DNA of 41,251 nt from Methanobacteriota archaeon (lineage in GTDB: Archaea; Thermoplasmatota; Poseidoniia; Poseidoniales; Poseidoniaceae), in contig PAZU01000011.1 of NCBI GenBank assembly GCA_002715725.1, forward strand, positions 32,963 through 74,213. Direction: 5' to 3'. This document shows positions 8,325 to 17,524 of this stretch, in pieces (within the stretch, counting starts at the first letter, position 1; each line of letters starts with the position of its first letter). The position numbers and the translations under genes are program-made. The notes beneath the pieces are model-generated. The model worked only from the letters and a program-made list of their open reading frames with translations, was not told the origin of the DNA and did no database searches.

Positions 8325-9556
8325 CGCGTGGCATAGAAACCTTGGATCACTTTGGTTACAGTTTCGATATCGCGAATATCTCTATTCAACAAGTCTGCTA
8401 GGATTTGTTCTCTCTGCTTAATATGCTGTTCAAATTGGGCAGGAGTGATTCCTGCAGCGGTACAAATTGTTTCTCTCATCTTTGAAGGAATACCTGTTTC
8501 CTCAATCTGACCGCTTGCTGCGTTGAACTTCCATATCGCGTTCAAACGAGGCTTATCTCCTTCCATTCCTGCAACTTCAGCAACCTCTGTAATCTTTCTT
8601 GCAGTCTTACCGTCAATATACAATCTTGCTTGTATGATAATCAAATCGAGCCCTGTGAGCATGATCGGAGGGACATTCATTGGAGGATTAATCATTCTAG
8701 TAATGGTCTCCATTGCAGTATTTGCGTGAAGTGAACCGAAGGAGCCATCGTGGCCTGTGTTCATTGCAGTTAGCAATGTAGCAGCTTCGCTAGAACGCAC
8801 TTCACCAACAATAATTCTGTCTGGGCGCATTCTCAAACTTGATTTTAGACAATCGTTCATATCTACTTCCGGGGTTCCATCTGGCCTCTCACGTCGTGTT
8901 TCCATTCTAAGCCAATGGTCGTGGTAGACCTGCAATTCAGCAGTATCTTCTACTGTCAATAAACGCTTGTGCCAAGGAATGTACATACCTAAACAATTCA
9001 ATGTTGTAGTCTTACCAGAGCCAGTACCACCAGCAATTACGAAGTTTGCAGGTCTGCTATCTAATCCCTCAATCCAAACCCACATCATTGCGGCTAAGCG
9101 AACATTCACTGTGCCGAATTTGATTAAATCAATCATAGTAAGAGGGTCCTCACGGAATTTACGGATTGTAAGAGTAGGCCCATCGGGCGATACAGGAGGA
9201 ATCGTTCCATTCACACGGCTTCCGTCTGGTAACCTACCATCGAAAATCGGAACCATTCCAGGGCCATCTCCAAGAGGTACTGAAGTAAATGCTGCAATAT
9301 TTTTTGCAATTTCTAAGCCTTGTTGATCATCTACCCAAACATTTGTTCTACACATGCCATGATCTCTGTGGGCGACCTTGACACATTGTGCACCTCCGTT
9401 ATACATCACTTCTTCCAAATTATCGTCTTCAAGAAGAACTGCCAAATTACCGTAAGGGTTTGGCTCCACTCCTCCATCTACGTGATACATTGGAGAGGGG
9501 TGGTTTGACTCCATGTAGACTGTTACTCTTCCATACTGCTCGAGAATTTTTTCCAT
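8321..9556 (-). CDS. CpaF/TadA/VirB11-family pilus assembly ATPase
   Basis: RLPDGSRVN, TLTIRKF, Walker A GGTGSGKTT, Asp box VEDTAE, LRMRPDRIIVGEVR, His box TGHDG..SLHAN. ATG 9556 preceded by GGAGG. Confidence 0.95.
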   Translation of the reverse strand: MEKILEQYGRVTVYMESNHPSPMYHVDGGVEPNPYGNLAVLLEDDNLEEVMYNGGAQCVKVAHRDHGMCRTNVWVDDQQGLEIAKNIAAFTSVPLGDGPGMVPIFDGRLPDGSRVNGTIPPVSPDGPTLTIRKFREDPLTMIDLIKFGTVNVRLAAMMWVWIEGLDSRPANFVIAGGTGSGKTTTLNCLGMYIPWHKRLLTVEDTAELQVYHDHWLRMETRRERPDGTPEVDMNDCLKSSLRMRPDRIIVGEVRSSEAATLLTAMNTGHDGSFGSLHANTAMETITRMINPPMNVPPIMLTGLDLIIIQARLYIDGKTARKITEVAEVAGMEGDKPRLNAIWKFNAASGQIEETGIPSKMRETICTAAGITPAQFEQHIKQREQILADLLNRDIRDIETVTKVIQGFYATR

Positions 9557-9560
9557 TTTT

Positions 9561-10292
9561 TTAACCTCCAATTACTAATACACCGACGTGATAAATTGAC
9601 ATTGAAACCGCCATCCAGAGAGGCGCCCACCATAATGCAGAGCGCATTCTACCGAGCATCCTTCCACTTACAGCAATAGCCACAAAGGAAGCTGCTCCAA
9701 AGAACATAGTGAATGAAGAATTAAACGAATCAAGTTGGAAACCTTGAGTTCTAGGTGCGAATAGACCCACGATAAAGGCGATTAGGAACGGTAATCCAAC
9801 TGATACAAACATGATGATAAGAATCGCTCTTCCCATTAAATCTGATTCCCTTCTATTCATTAAATCATTCAATCTCTCGTAATCTCTAGACATGTCTGCC
9901 AAGATGTTTTGCAGAGGAGCATCTTGTTCTATAGCAGTAGACATCAAGTGCATTACTCTTTGAACTTGTGATGAGCGTGATTTGGTTGCAAAGTTAGCAA
10001 GTGCTGAATCAAATGAAGATGCATGGCTCTCAGCCAGGGTCTCTTTGAGAAGTTTACCAAGGGTGCCAGTGTTTCTATCGGCTTCAGCCATCATAGCTTG
10101 TTGTAAACCAAGCCCTGCACCTAGTGAATCGGATAAAGCCTCTAGCATTGCAGGTAGGTCATTTTCGATATTTCTACGCCTAATTCTCTCTAGAATCGGA
10201 GGGACACCCCCAATAGAACATGCTACACCCAAAGTAATGATGAACAACAACAAGGGGTCATTTCTAAACATCTCCAGGATACCGAATAACAT
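9561..10292 (-). CDS. Type II secretion system F / TadC-like membrane platform protein
   Basis: RRRNIENDLPAMLEALSDSLGAGLGLQQAM T2SSF-type helices, several TM segments, adjacent to the ATPase. Confidence 0.85.
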   Translation of the reverse strand: MLFGILEMFRNDPLLLFIITLGVACSIGGVPPILERIRRRNIENDLPAMLEALSDSLGAGLGLQQAMMAEADRNTGTLGKLLKETLAESHASSFDSALANFATKSRSSQVQRVMHLMSTAIEQDAPLQNILADMSRDYERLNDLMNRRESDLMGRAILIIMFVSVGLPFLIAFIVGLFAPRTQGFQLDSFNSSFTMFFGAASFVAIAVSGRMLGRMRSALWWAPLWMAVSMSIYHVGVLVIGG

Positions 10293-10295
10293 AGA

Positions 10296-10868
10296 TCACA
10301 ACCCCGGGTCTTTTGTGTGGGCTTTTAGCCCAATCATAGCCATTCCTAACAAAGTCAATAATAGACCTACGTTGACTATACTCATAATCATCCCTTGGTC
10401 CATTGGACCGAATAACTCCTCTGCATCTTCCATCAACTGTGGAGCAATTCCAAGAATTGAGAGAATAATTGGGCCAATCATTCCAATAGAAAGCAGCGTT
10501 TCCGGAACACCGCCTAATTCTTCGATGTACTCCTTTACATTCTCAGTTCGGCTTTCTTCCATCCTCTCTCCTTGCTTCCTCAAGGTTTCGATAATGTCTG
10601 TATTCTGAGTTACGTTATTGAGCATTGTATTGATTACTCTCTTGTAACCATCAGTATCTGCTTTTTTGAGTAATGCTCTGAGTTCTTTTTCCAAAGGTCG
10701 ACCTTTGTTGATATTTTCCATTAAATCAGAAAAATCCTTTGAAATTATACCATAGCCTCCTTGAGAAATAGAATGGATTGCTGCTTCCAATCCAACACCA
10801 GAGCCCATTAGCACGTCTAACGTCCTAATGACGTATAGAACCTCTCTGGACTCATCTAGTGAACGCAT
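10296..10868 (-). CDS. Type II secretion system F / TadB-like membrane platform protein
   Basis: LMGSGVGLEAAI...GYGIISKDF...INKGRPLEKEL T2SSF pattern followed by two TM helices. Confidence 0.82.
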   Translation of the reverse strand: MRSLDESREVLYVIRTLDVLMGSGVGLEAAIHSISQGGYGIISKDFSDLMENINKGRPLEKELRALLKKADTDGYKRVINTMLNNVTQNTDIIETLRKQGERMEESRTENVKEYIEELGGVPETLLSIGMIGPIILSILGIAPQLMEDAEELFGPMDQGMIMSIVNVGLLLTLLGMAMIGLKAHTKDPGL

Positions 10869-10877
10869 TCAATCAAC

Positions 10878-11231
10878 TCAACGGATATCTTCAATCAACT
10901 CGAATTTGTATGTTTTTTCAGAACCATCATACTCGATTTTTCCAAATACACATTTTACATCCCTTTCTTCAAAAGGATCGTGGATATAGGGTTGACCGCT
11001 TCGAAACATGCTCAGAATCTTCTTGTATTCCTCATAATCCATTTCTCCAACTACGGTATATACAGCGGATTCAGCGCCTTCATCAACTAAGTCGTCACCT
11101 TCACCACCATGAAGAACTGTTCGAGTTATTCTTCTTGTGATTGCAACGCTTATGTCTGCATTAGGCAATCTTAACCAGTCTGAACTTGAAGTACCACTTG
11201 CCGGGCGAATAAAGAAATCTGTTCCTGCCAT
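10878..11231 (-). CDS. Small protein resembling phage tail tube-fold / DNA-circularisation N-terminal (Mu gpN, P2 GpU-like) domains
   Basis: Strong SD GGTGAGG, so the gene itself is well supported. RRITRTVLHGGEGDDLVDEG..S..YTVVG...HDP...YKFELIE resembles the RR......G.....DLG...R.F.....HP....F.L.FVE pattern by eye only. Confidence 0.6.
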   Translation of the reverse strand: MAGTDFFIRPASGTSSSDWLRLPNADISVAITRRITRTVLHGGEGDDLVDEGAESAVYTVVGEMDYEEYKKILSMFRSGQPYIHDPFEERDVKCVFGKIEYDGSEKTYKFELIEDIR

Positions 11232-11291
11232 AGCCTCACCTGTGAACCAGTGAGAGCGCGAATGGAACTTGAACCTGTTGGAGTATTCAAC

Positions 11292-12245
11292 TCAATTCGT
11301 GATTTTGAACCAGCCAAACCTGGGTTCGTGAACAGACCCTTCTTCGGTTAATTCGTCCAACGAGGATTCCGATGCATCCCTATCATGCCCTCGAGCAGCA
11401 GCATTAGATAGCAGTGTGTCGAAATCAACACCTTCTCCTTGGTCGAGTCGTGAGATTAAGTCCAACAAGACTTTCTTCAAATCTATTTCTTCATCACTAG
11501 CATTTTCCATCTCTTCAGGTTCCTCAGAATTAGTATCCGTATCCAAACTGGTTTGAGAAGCAGGAATTGTAGGCCCAGACAAATTAGGAACCTTGTCTTC
11601 AGCGATATCTAATGAATTCATTATGTTAAGTCGATAAGTCTCCAAATCGATTTCTCCGTAGTGCTCATTTGCAAGAAGAAGACCTTCTCGCATATTCTCA
11701 GGGATACCGCCTGCTGCTAATGCTTCACCGCTTTTCTCAAGTGATGTAGCTTTCTCATACATATCGATTCTTTCTAGCATACCATTCGATGCTTCAACTA
11801 ACCAATTGCGATAACTTTCACGAGAAATTACTGCTGCTTCCTCAGGTCTTAGACTTGTATATACAGCACCTTCATCATTCTGGAAATAACGAGCTTTGGC
11901 TATCATTAGAAGCATTACTGTCTCGCCATCTTCAATTCTAGAAGATAATTGAATAGTTAGTTCCCTCATCGATTCAGGAGCATAATCTCCTACTGAGAAG
12001 AAATGTAAGCCTGATGGATCTCTTAGTTGCCCTTGCCATAGAGTCGAACCATTCGAGGTTTCTCTAGGGTCCAACCTTTCCAGCATACCAGCAACGACAA
12101 CTCGGTTTACCTTTGCTCCAAGTTTGGTTATTACGAATAATGGGTCGAATTCTCCGGAACCCTGCTGACTCAATGTCGAGTCACTGAATTCTGAAGCAAG
12201 CATATGCCATGCAGGTTGTCTTCTTGCTCTTCTAGCTGGCTGCAT
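11292..12245 (-). CDS. RPA2 / RPA-associated OB-fold protein with C-terminal winged helix
   Basis: RRQPAW, TKLGAKVNRVVVAG, LRDPSG, SLRPE OB-fold motifs. Acidic linker, then wH LDELTEEGSVHEPRFG. ATG overlaps the RPA stop (TGATG). Confidence 0.85.
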   Translation of the reverse strand: MQPARRARRQPAWHMLASEFSDSTLSQQGSGEFDPLFVITKLGAKVNRVVVAGMLERLDPRETSNGSTLWQGQLRDPSGLHFFSVGDYAPESMRELTIQLSSRIEDGETVMLLMIAKARYFQNDEGAVYTSLRPEEAAVISRESYRNWLVEASNGMLERIDMYEKATSLEKSGEALAAGGIPENMREGLLLANEHYGEIDLETYRLNIMNSLDIAEDKVPNLSGPTIPASQTSLDTDTNSEEPEEMENASDEEIDLKKVLLDLISRLDQGEGVDFDTLLSNAAARGHDRDASESSLDELTEEGSVHEPRFGWFKITN

Positions 12246-13948
12246 CAAACCACCCCCCACTTTGCTCTCAATTCAGCAGCGGCTAGAACAGAATCCGCCT
12301 CAACTAATTCTACATCATCAGATAGCAGCATTGCTCCTTGTTCATCGACAATCGTTCTTCCATTGGCTCTCAATTTCCTACCAAGTAAACGCTCGCGAAG
12401 TTCTTGAACAAAGGCCATGGTTCCATTTTCGACAATATTAGATGAAATTTGTTCTTGGTTCATTCCAATCAAAGATTCGGTTGCGATTTTATTCACAATT
12501 AGCGAAATGGTTGAATGGCCATCATCCAACACCATTCGTAATCTTACATCATCAACTCCCTCATAAGAAGAACATGAAGGAACCGAACATTCCCCGTCCC
12601 TTAGAACTCTACGACATTCGCTACATCTACTGATTATTCCTGAATCCTCTCTAATCGAAATTACATTTCCAGTGGTAGAGATTCCTACTCTACTTGCTCC
12701 TGATGATAAATCCTTGAGAGCGACTTCCACTACATTGTTTGCTAGGTCGATATCGTCTCCCCAAGGTGCTGCTGCTAAAACTTCTATCTGAGTATCATCA
12801 TCAACAGTGATATCCGGAATACCTTGCCAGGCCCTTACTCTTACTCCTTTGAGTCTTACAACGACTGGAGTTGATTCGAAATCGAATGGTGGTTCAAACC
12901 AAATGGAACATCGACATTTTCCGGTCGGGTCTGCGACATCCCCGGACCATACACTCTTTGCTTCTCCATCTCTACCTTGAAAATCTCTCTTGATCATCTT
13001 CTGGATTTCCAAGACAATTTCGACATCTCTTGAACCGTCTCTAAGATCTTCGATTCGGCTAACTGAACGAGCAACTAAATCCTCAGCTGTGGCGAAATTT
13101 GAGTCGTGGAAAATCTCGATTTTGGAAGATGACCCGATATTGATTTCAGGAGTCTCTCTGAATACTCTAACCTGAGCATTCTCGATTTTGATTAAGGATC
13201 CTACTTCATGGTCAAATGATTCCCACGATAAGAATCCAATAGCGCCAGAATCATCAGCAATTCTGCCTCTAACTACATCTATAGAACCAGAGCCGTCTTT
13301 ACGGTGAATTACATCTTTACGAGATGCAAGTAATCTACCAACAACAGTTACAGAACCTTCAGATTTAATCGAGTTGATTTCTACAGGCTCTCCTGGTTTT
13401 GAAACTGTGCGTACGCCTTCTCTTAGAACAACAACACGGCTAGCTTGATTTACATTTATGCTCATGCGGCCTTGGTATTCGTTTACAGAAACACCTTCTA
13501 GGCGCACTACTGCCCCCGGTGCAATGTTTGGATTATTGCCCCAGTCTTTGTATTCCCACCTGGTGCGACTTCCACCTTCCGACCAAGGCTGGTCTTCAAT
13601 TAATCCATAAGGTACAATTTTCTCTTCACCGCGAACCATGGTAGTTCTTGGATTATGAGTAATGATTTCTACTTCGATTTCGACGTTACGATCATCTGCT
13701 GATAAATCGGATAGCCTCTCAACTTTCTTTATTGGTATAGATTGTCTTTGACTTCCTGCAGATTGCTGATTTGATTGAACAGGAGCACCTGTATCCGATT
13801 GGAAACGGCGCAATACAGAACGCATTGCATCCTCAGGTGGAATAAGGAAATCTTTCTCGTATCTAGAGAACGCCTCTGCAACCTTCTGAGGGTCGGCATC
13901 TGGTACTTGTTTGAGAACTTCCGAAACGTGTGCTTCGTAATCAGACAT
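12245..13948 (-). CDS. rpa: Replication protein A, large subunit (multiple OB folds plus zinc finger)
   Basis: Repeated OB motifs (GRIADDSGAI, GDVADPTGKC, RMVLDDG) and Zn finger CSECRR....EC. ATG 13948 preceded by GAGGTG. Confidence 0.9.
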   Translation of the reverse strand: MSDYEAHVSEVLKQVPDADPQKVAEAFSRYEKDFLIPPEDAMRSVLRRFQSDTGAPVQSNQQSAGSQRQSIPIKKVERLSDLSADDRNVEIEVEIITHNPRTTMVRGEEKIVPYGLIEDQPWSEGGSRTRWEYKDWGNNPNIAPGAVVRLEGVSVNEYQGRMSINVNQASRVVVLREGVRTVSKPGEPVEINSIKSEGSVTVVGRLLASRKDVIHRKDGSGSIDVVRGRIADDSGAIGFLSWESFDHEVGSLIKIENAQVRVFRETPEINIGSSSKIEIFHDSNFATAEDLVARSVSRIEDLRDGSRDVEIVLEIQKMIKRDFQGRDGEAKSVWSGDVADPTGKCRCSIWFEPPFDFESTPVVVRLKGVRVRAWQGIPDITVDDDTQIEVLAAAPWGDDIDLANNVVEVALKDLSSGASRVGISTTGNVISIREDSGIISRCSECRRVLRDGECSVPSCSSYEGVDDVRLRMVLDDGHSTISLIVNKIATESLIGMNQEQISSNIVENGTMAFVQELRERLLGRKLRANGRTIVDEQGAMLLSDDVELVEADSVLAAAELRAKWGVV

Positions 13949-14039
13949 TATGAACACCTCGACGGTCCAATTCAATTTCTGGCCCGTCATAGGACGGGTG
14001 TTCGGGCTTTCGTGCTGGTTGGTTCAGTTTAGTGGACAC
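13941..14039 (-). CDS. Candidate 32-aa upstream ORF / leader peptide (MSTKLNQPARKPEHPSYDGPEIELDRRGVHNV)
   Basis: GTG start 6 nt downstream of a perfect GGAGGTGA (14046-14053, minus strand). The ORF overlaps the rpa start and stops in ATGTCTGA. Confidence 0.45.
   Translation of the reverse strand: MSTKLNQPARKPEHPSYDGPEIELDRRGVHNV
13952..14003 (-). promoter_or_regulatory. Structured leader over the rpa ribosome-binding site (alternative hairpins)
   Basis: mRNA sense: GAACACC pairs with GGTGTTC (covers the SD), GACGGgCCA pairs with TGGaCCGTC, and a competing hairpin CCCGTC-ctat-GACGGG can form. Confidence 0.5.
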
Positions 14040-14128
14040 TCCCTTTCACCTCCGTGGATTTAGATGTTCGATGGAGACGGTTCATGAAGATGTCTGCCAG
14101 ATTCGCCAAACTATTGAAAGTAAAGCGA

Positions 14129-15529
14129 TTAAGCAGGATTAATCCTCAAACCGTCCAACATCAGAACATCTGGAACATGCATTGAGCCGGTGCTGTATGA
14201 ACCCTTCCGTTTTGAGGAATCTCCAAGAATCACTCTCCCGGACAATGCTTTAGAAATATTTCCTGAAAATCCTGCTTGCGAAAGAGCTCCAATTACTTCC
14301 CCCCCTTCCACACGTAAAATTGTGGAAGTGGTAACAGAAAAATCACCACTGGTAGGGTTAGCAGTATGCGCCCCCATCACGCTATGTATGATGTAACCTT
14401 CTTCCATCTCTTCGACTAGCCTATCTCTTGCATGAGTATTGGAAGAGGAGGATAAAATTAGATCACTACAACCGCAAATAGGCGGTGATGTGTGTCCTCC
14501 CCTGGAGGCGGAACCTGTTGTTTCCGCCTCAGAAACCTTACCTTCTGATACTAATTTAGCAGCATCTCTAGTAGACCAGATCTCTCCGGCTAATCTTCCA
14601 GAATCAACAATCTTCTGAGTACGGCTAGGTACGCCTTCATCATCACGAGAACCTGAAGACATTCCTCCATCCATCAACCCATCATCCACCAACGAGAGGT
14701 GGTCTGCCATGACAATCTCATTCATCTTTCCAGACCAAAATGATTCGCCGCGTGCCAATCTTTCTCCTTTAATCGCAGAAGGAACCACAACTGAGAACAA
14801 TGGAGAAAATCCATCAGAGGTCATTAACACTGGACAATCTTCAGTTTCTCCACCTGCAATTTTTTGTCTTGTAATTTGAGACCAATGAACCGCTTTGTCT
14901 ACACAAGCGGTCAAATCTTTGAGTAATCCTCTTGATGACTCACCTTCATAAGAGGAAGTAAGTTGATCATCTTCATCTATCGAAACGTGAATACCAATTC
15001 CATGCGAGGTGTATACGCCACCATCTTCTATTCCAGAACTGGTAACAATCGCTCCTGCGCCAGCACCAACTCCGATTCCCCCACCTACTGCAACAGCCCT
15101 TTTATCTAATTCAGCAACCCTAGTAAGTATTTGGTCACCTTGTTCTAGTAAATCTTCAGGACCCATGTCTAAAATGGCTTTATCTTTCATTCCAGAAACT
15201 CTGGGTGCTGATTGATTTCCAGGTAATTCAAAACCTTCAATTGAAGGTGATTTTCTAGCGATGGAAAGTGCTTGGTGTATCGCTCTTTCAGCAGAAGATG
15301 GATCGACTAAATGGGCGAATCCATATCTTCCATCCTCTACAATCCGAATCCCAAATCCGCCTTCTCCACCACCGGAAGCCATCGAAATTTTTCCGGCTTC
15401 GATGTCAAGAGAATTACCATATCCTTGTGAAGCAAAGATTTCCCATTCCTTGACTCCAGCAACCTCACATGCATTTCCTATCTTTTGCGCTGAATCCATC
15501 AAACGCTCAACAGCATCGTCGGGAATCAT
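14129..15529 (-). CDS. tldE: TldE/PmbA family protein
   Basis: GFGIRIVEDGRYGFA, DDEGVPS, GAHTANPTSGDFS. No HExxxH. Immediately downstream of tldD. Confidence 0.88.
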   Translation of the reverse strand: MIPDDAVERLMDSAQKIGNACEVAGVKEWEIFASQGYGNSLDIEAGKISMASGGGEGGFGIRIVEDGRYGFAHLVDPSSAERAIHQALSIARKSPSIEGFELPGNQSAPRVSGMKDKAILDMGPEDLLEQGDQILTRVAELDKRAVAVGGGIGVGAGAGAIVTSSGIEDGGVYTSHGIGIHVSIDEDDQLTSSYEGESSRGLLKDLTACVDKAVHWSQITRQKIAGGETEDCPVLMTSDGFSPLFSVVVPSAIKGERLARGESFWSGKMNEIVMADHLSLVDDGLMDGGMSSGSRDDEGVPSRTQKIVDSGRLAGEIWSTRDAAKLVSEGKVSEAETTGSASRGGHTSPPICGCSDLILSSSSNTHARDRLVEEMEEGYIIHSVMGAHTANPTSGDFSVTTSTILRVEGGEVIGALSQAGFSGNISKALSGRVILGDSSKRKGSYSTGSMHVPDVLMLDGLRINPA

Positions 15530-15530
15530 T

Positions 15531-16970
15531 TCATCCCACCAGTGCCTCTCTAATACGCATCAATGGGCCACCATCTCCTACTGGAACTGTTTGTCCTTTG
15601 CCACAGAAACCTGGTGCACCAAGATAAGCATCACGAGTTAAACCGTCAACATTTTTCAAAATTTCAAGAGTCATTCCCGAAACACTAACATCTCTTACTG
15701 GTCGAGACAATGAACCATTTTCAATAATCCAAGCTTCTTGTGCTGCGAATTGGAATGAGCCACGGCCAGTATCGACCTGTCCGCCTCTACTTCCACAAGC
15801 ATATACACCAAATTCGATATCTTCAATCAATTCATCCAAATCTTTGTGAGAACCACCTTGAATTACCGTATTCGACATTCTAACCAGAGGATGATGAAGA
15901 CCATCTTGGGCACGTGCACCACCATTTGGATCCAAATCATACCTGTGTGCAGTTTCCCTGTGATTGAGATATTCAGTAAGGACTCCATTGACGATCAAAT
16001 TCTTTGGCCTAACGTCCACGCCTTCATCATCAATAGGATAGCAACCGTATCCTCCTCGCATGGTAGGGTCGTCGACAACTGTGCATATCTCTGAGCCGAT
16101 TGTTTGACCTAGGCGTCCTTCCAAACAAGAATCTCCAGCAGCGACTAGGTCTGCTTCACATGGATGTCCTAGCGCTTCATGGATGTAAACTCCGGTCAAA
16201 TCTCGGTCAGCTACCAATGGCATTTTCCCGGAAGGCGCCCTTTCTGCGCCGAGTAATCTGAGTGCAGATATTCTTGCATTCCTACCCATTTCTCCTAGGT
16301 CGCATGACTCGATAAACTCTAGCCCGCCTTCTCCTCCATGCCTCATTCTATAGGACACGACGTCGCTGCCGTCCCTGGCGGTAACCATACCGTTGATGAG
16401 ACTTCTTTGGAAAGACCAAACTCGGTTCATCCCTTCGCTTGTCATTAATTCGGTGTGGATGTGTTCATCTGACCATCCAGTGCTTGTAGAAACAATCTTT
16501 TCATCATCCTTTGCTTCGTTATCGATTGCCAACATCAATTCAATTCTTGTGTCCAAATCTGTATCTCGTACATCTTTGATACTTTTCCAATGAATTTCAT
16601 CTTCAATGATAGGAACATCTGCTAAGCCAACTGCTAATTGTGACGGAGAGCGGCGGGCTGCAACAGCTTTTGCTAGGCGCAGAGTAGGAGCAACCTGATC
16701 TGCAATAGAAGCAATATCACTTGTTGAGTGAACTCCCCACGCTCCATCTGCTAGTATCCTCATCGTTACTCCGACTTCTTGACCAGGTATTGCTCTCTCT
16801 AATTTTCCATCTTTGAGAGAAGCAGTGTTGGTTGTCTCGCTTACCAATCTGATTTCTGCATATTCTGCACCTAAATCAGTAGCATTATTCAATGCCTTAG
16901 TGATTTTATCTTCGTCAAGTAATCTACCGTTCGAAAACAAAGAATCAGATTGCCTAGTTGTAACCACCAT
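15531..16970 (-). CDS. tldD: TldD metalloprotease
   Basis: HEALGHPCEAD zinc motif, DDEG, RMSNT, GGQVD...G.FQF, C-terminal CGKGQTVPVGDGGP. Start ATG 16970 (track gives 17000). Confidence 0.93.
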   Translation of the reverse strand: MVVTTRQSDSLFSNGRLLDEDKITKALNNATDLGAEYAEIRLVSETTNTASLKDGKLERAIPGQEVGVTMRILADGAWGVHSTSDIASIADQVAPTLRLAKAVAARRSPSQLAVGLADVPIIEDEIHWKSIKDVRDTDLDTRIELMLAIDNEAKDDEKIVSTSTGWSDEHIHTELMTSEGMNRVWSFQRSLINGMVTARDGSDVVSYRMRHGGEGGLEFIESCDLGEMGRNARISALRLLGAERAPSGKMPLVADRDLTGVYIHEALGHPCEADLVAAGDSCLEGRLGQTIGSEICTVVDDPTMRGGYGCYPIDDEGVDVRPKNLIVNGVLTEYLNHRETAHRYDLDPNGGARAQDGLHHPLVRMSNTVIQGGSHKDLDELIEDIEFGVYACGSRGGQVDTGRGSFQFAAQEAWIIENGSLSRPVRDVSVSGMTLEILKNVDGLTRDAYLGAPGFCGKGQTVPVGDGGPLMRIREALVG

Positions 16971-17011
16971 GTCTACCCGGTACAGGAGGGGCTCTTTCAC
17001 ATTTACGAATT

Positions 17012-17500
17012 CTAGCGTAAGTCTGCAAGGTGGATGTGACCAATTGCTCCATTTTCTGATTTTTCACCCTCTATGCCCATTCTTACTGAATCGAAAATCT
17101 CGAGATTAGGCCTTTCGTCTAGGATTTCAAAGCCCATTCTTTCAGCGTGAGAGGTATACATTTCATCAGTAGCCTGCCCTGATAAGTCTACAATCCATGC
17201 ATTTAGGTCCCCTTGAGAAAGGCCTGCACGTTTGAAACTTGTAGAAATATGGTGAGTGCCGGAAAGTAATCTGATAAATTCACCATCGAGAGAATTTGAT
17301 TTCATTATATTCCTATCTTTATTTCTCATCAATACTTCATGAGCGACCCAAGCGTGAATCTCACTAGCTAAACTGTACCCGCTGATCAATGCCCAGTGTT
17401 CTGAATCTCTACTTTCAATCCATGACATAGCAAGCGACCTTGGGTCTTCGCAAGGAGCTCCTAGAGAGACTCTTCGACACGGGAAATTTGGTGCGGTCAC
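17012..17500 (-). CDS. cgi121: KEOPS complex subunit Cgi121
   Basis: KSNSLDGEFIRLLSGTHHISTSFKRAGL resembles the Cgi121 pattern A.SL..E.L..LSG..QIS.A....G. Typical size, and placed next to hel308 as in other Euryarchaeota. Confidence 0.75.
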   Translation of the reverse strand: MTAPNFPCRRVSLGAPCEDPRSLAMSWIESRDSEHWALISGYSLASEIHAWVAHEVLMRNKDRNIMKSNSLDGEFIRLLSGTHHISTSFKRAGLSQGDLNAWIVDLSGQATDEMYTSHAERMGFEILDERPNLEIFDSVRMGIEGEKSENGAIGHIHLADLR

Positions 17501-17524
17501 AAATGTCCCATGGCTTCATCAATT

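Noticed and set aside
9982-10608. 208-aa plus-strand ORF
   Set aside because: Antisense to the two T2SSF genes, Ser/Ile-rich shadow composition, no motifs.
8321-10868. Archaellum (arlI/arlJ) assignment
   Set aside because: No arlB, arlH, arlF or arlG neighbours. A split platform pair and CpaF-like ATPase fit a Tad-like pilus better.
10878-11231. Prophage or contractile injection system around the tail-like gene
   Set aside because: No integrase, capsid, terminase, sheath, baseplate or att repeats in the window.
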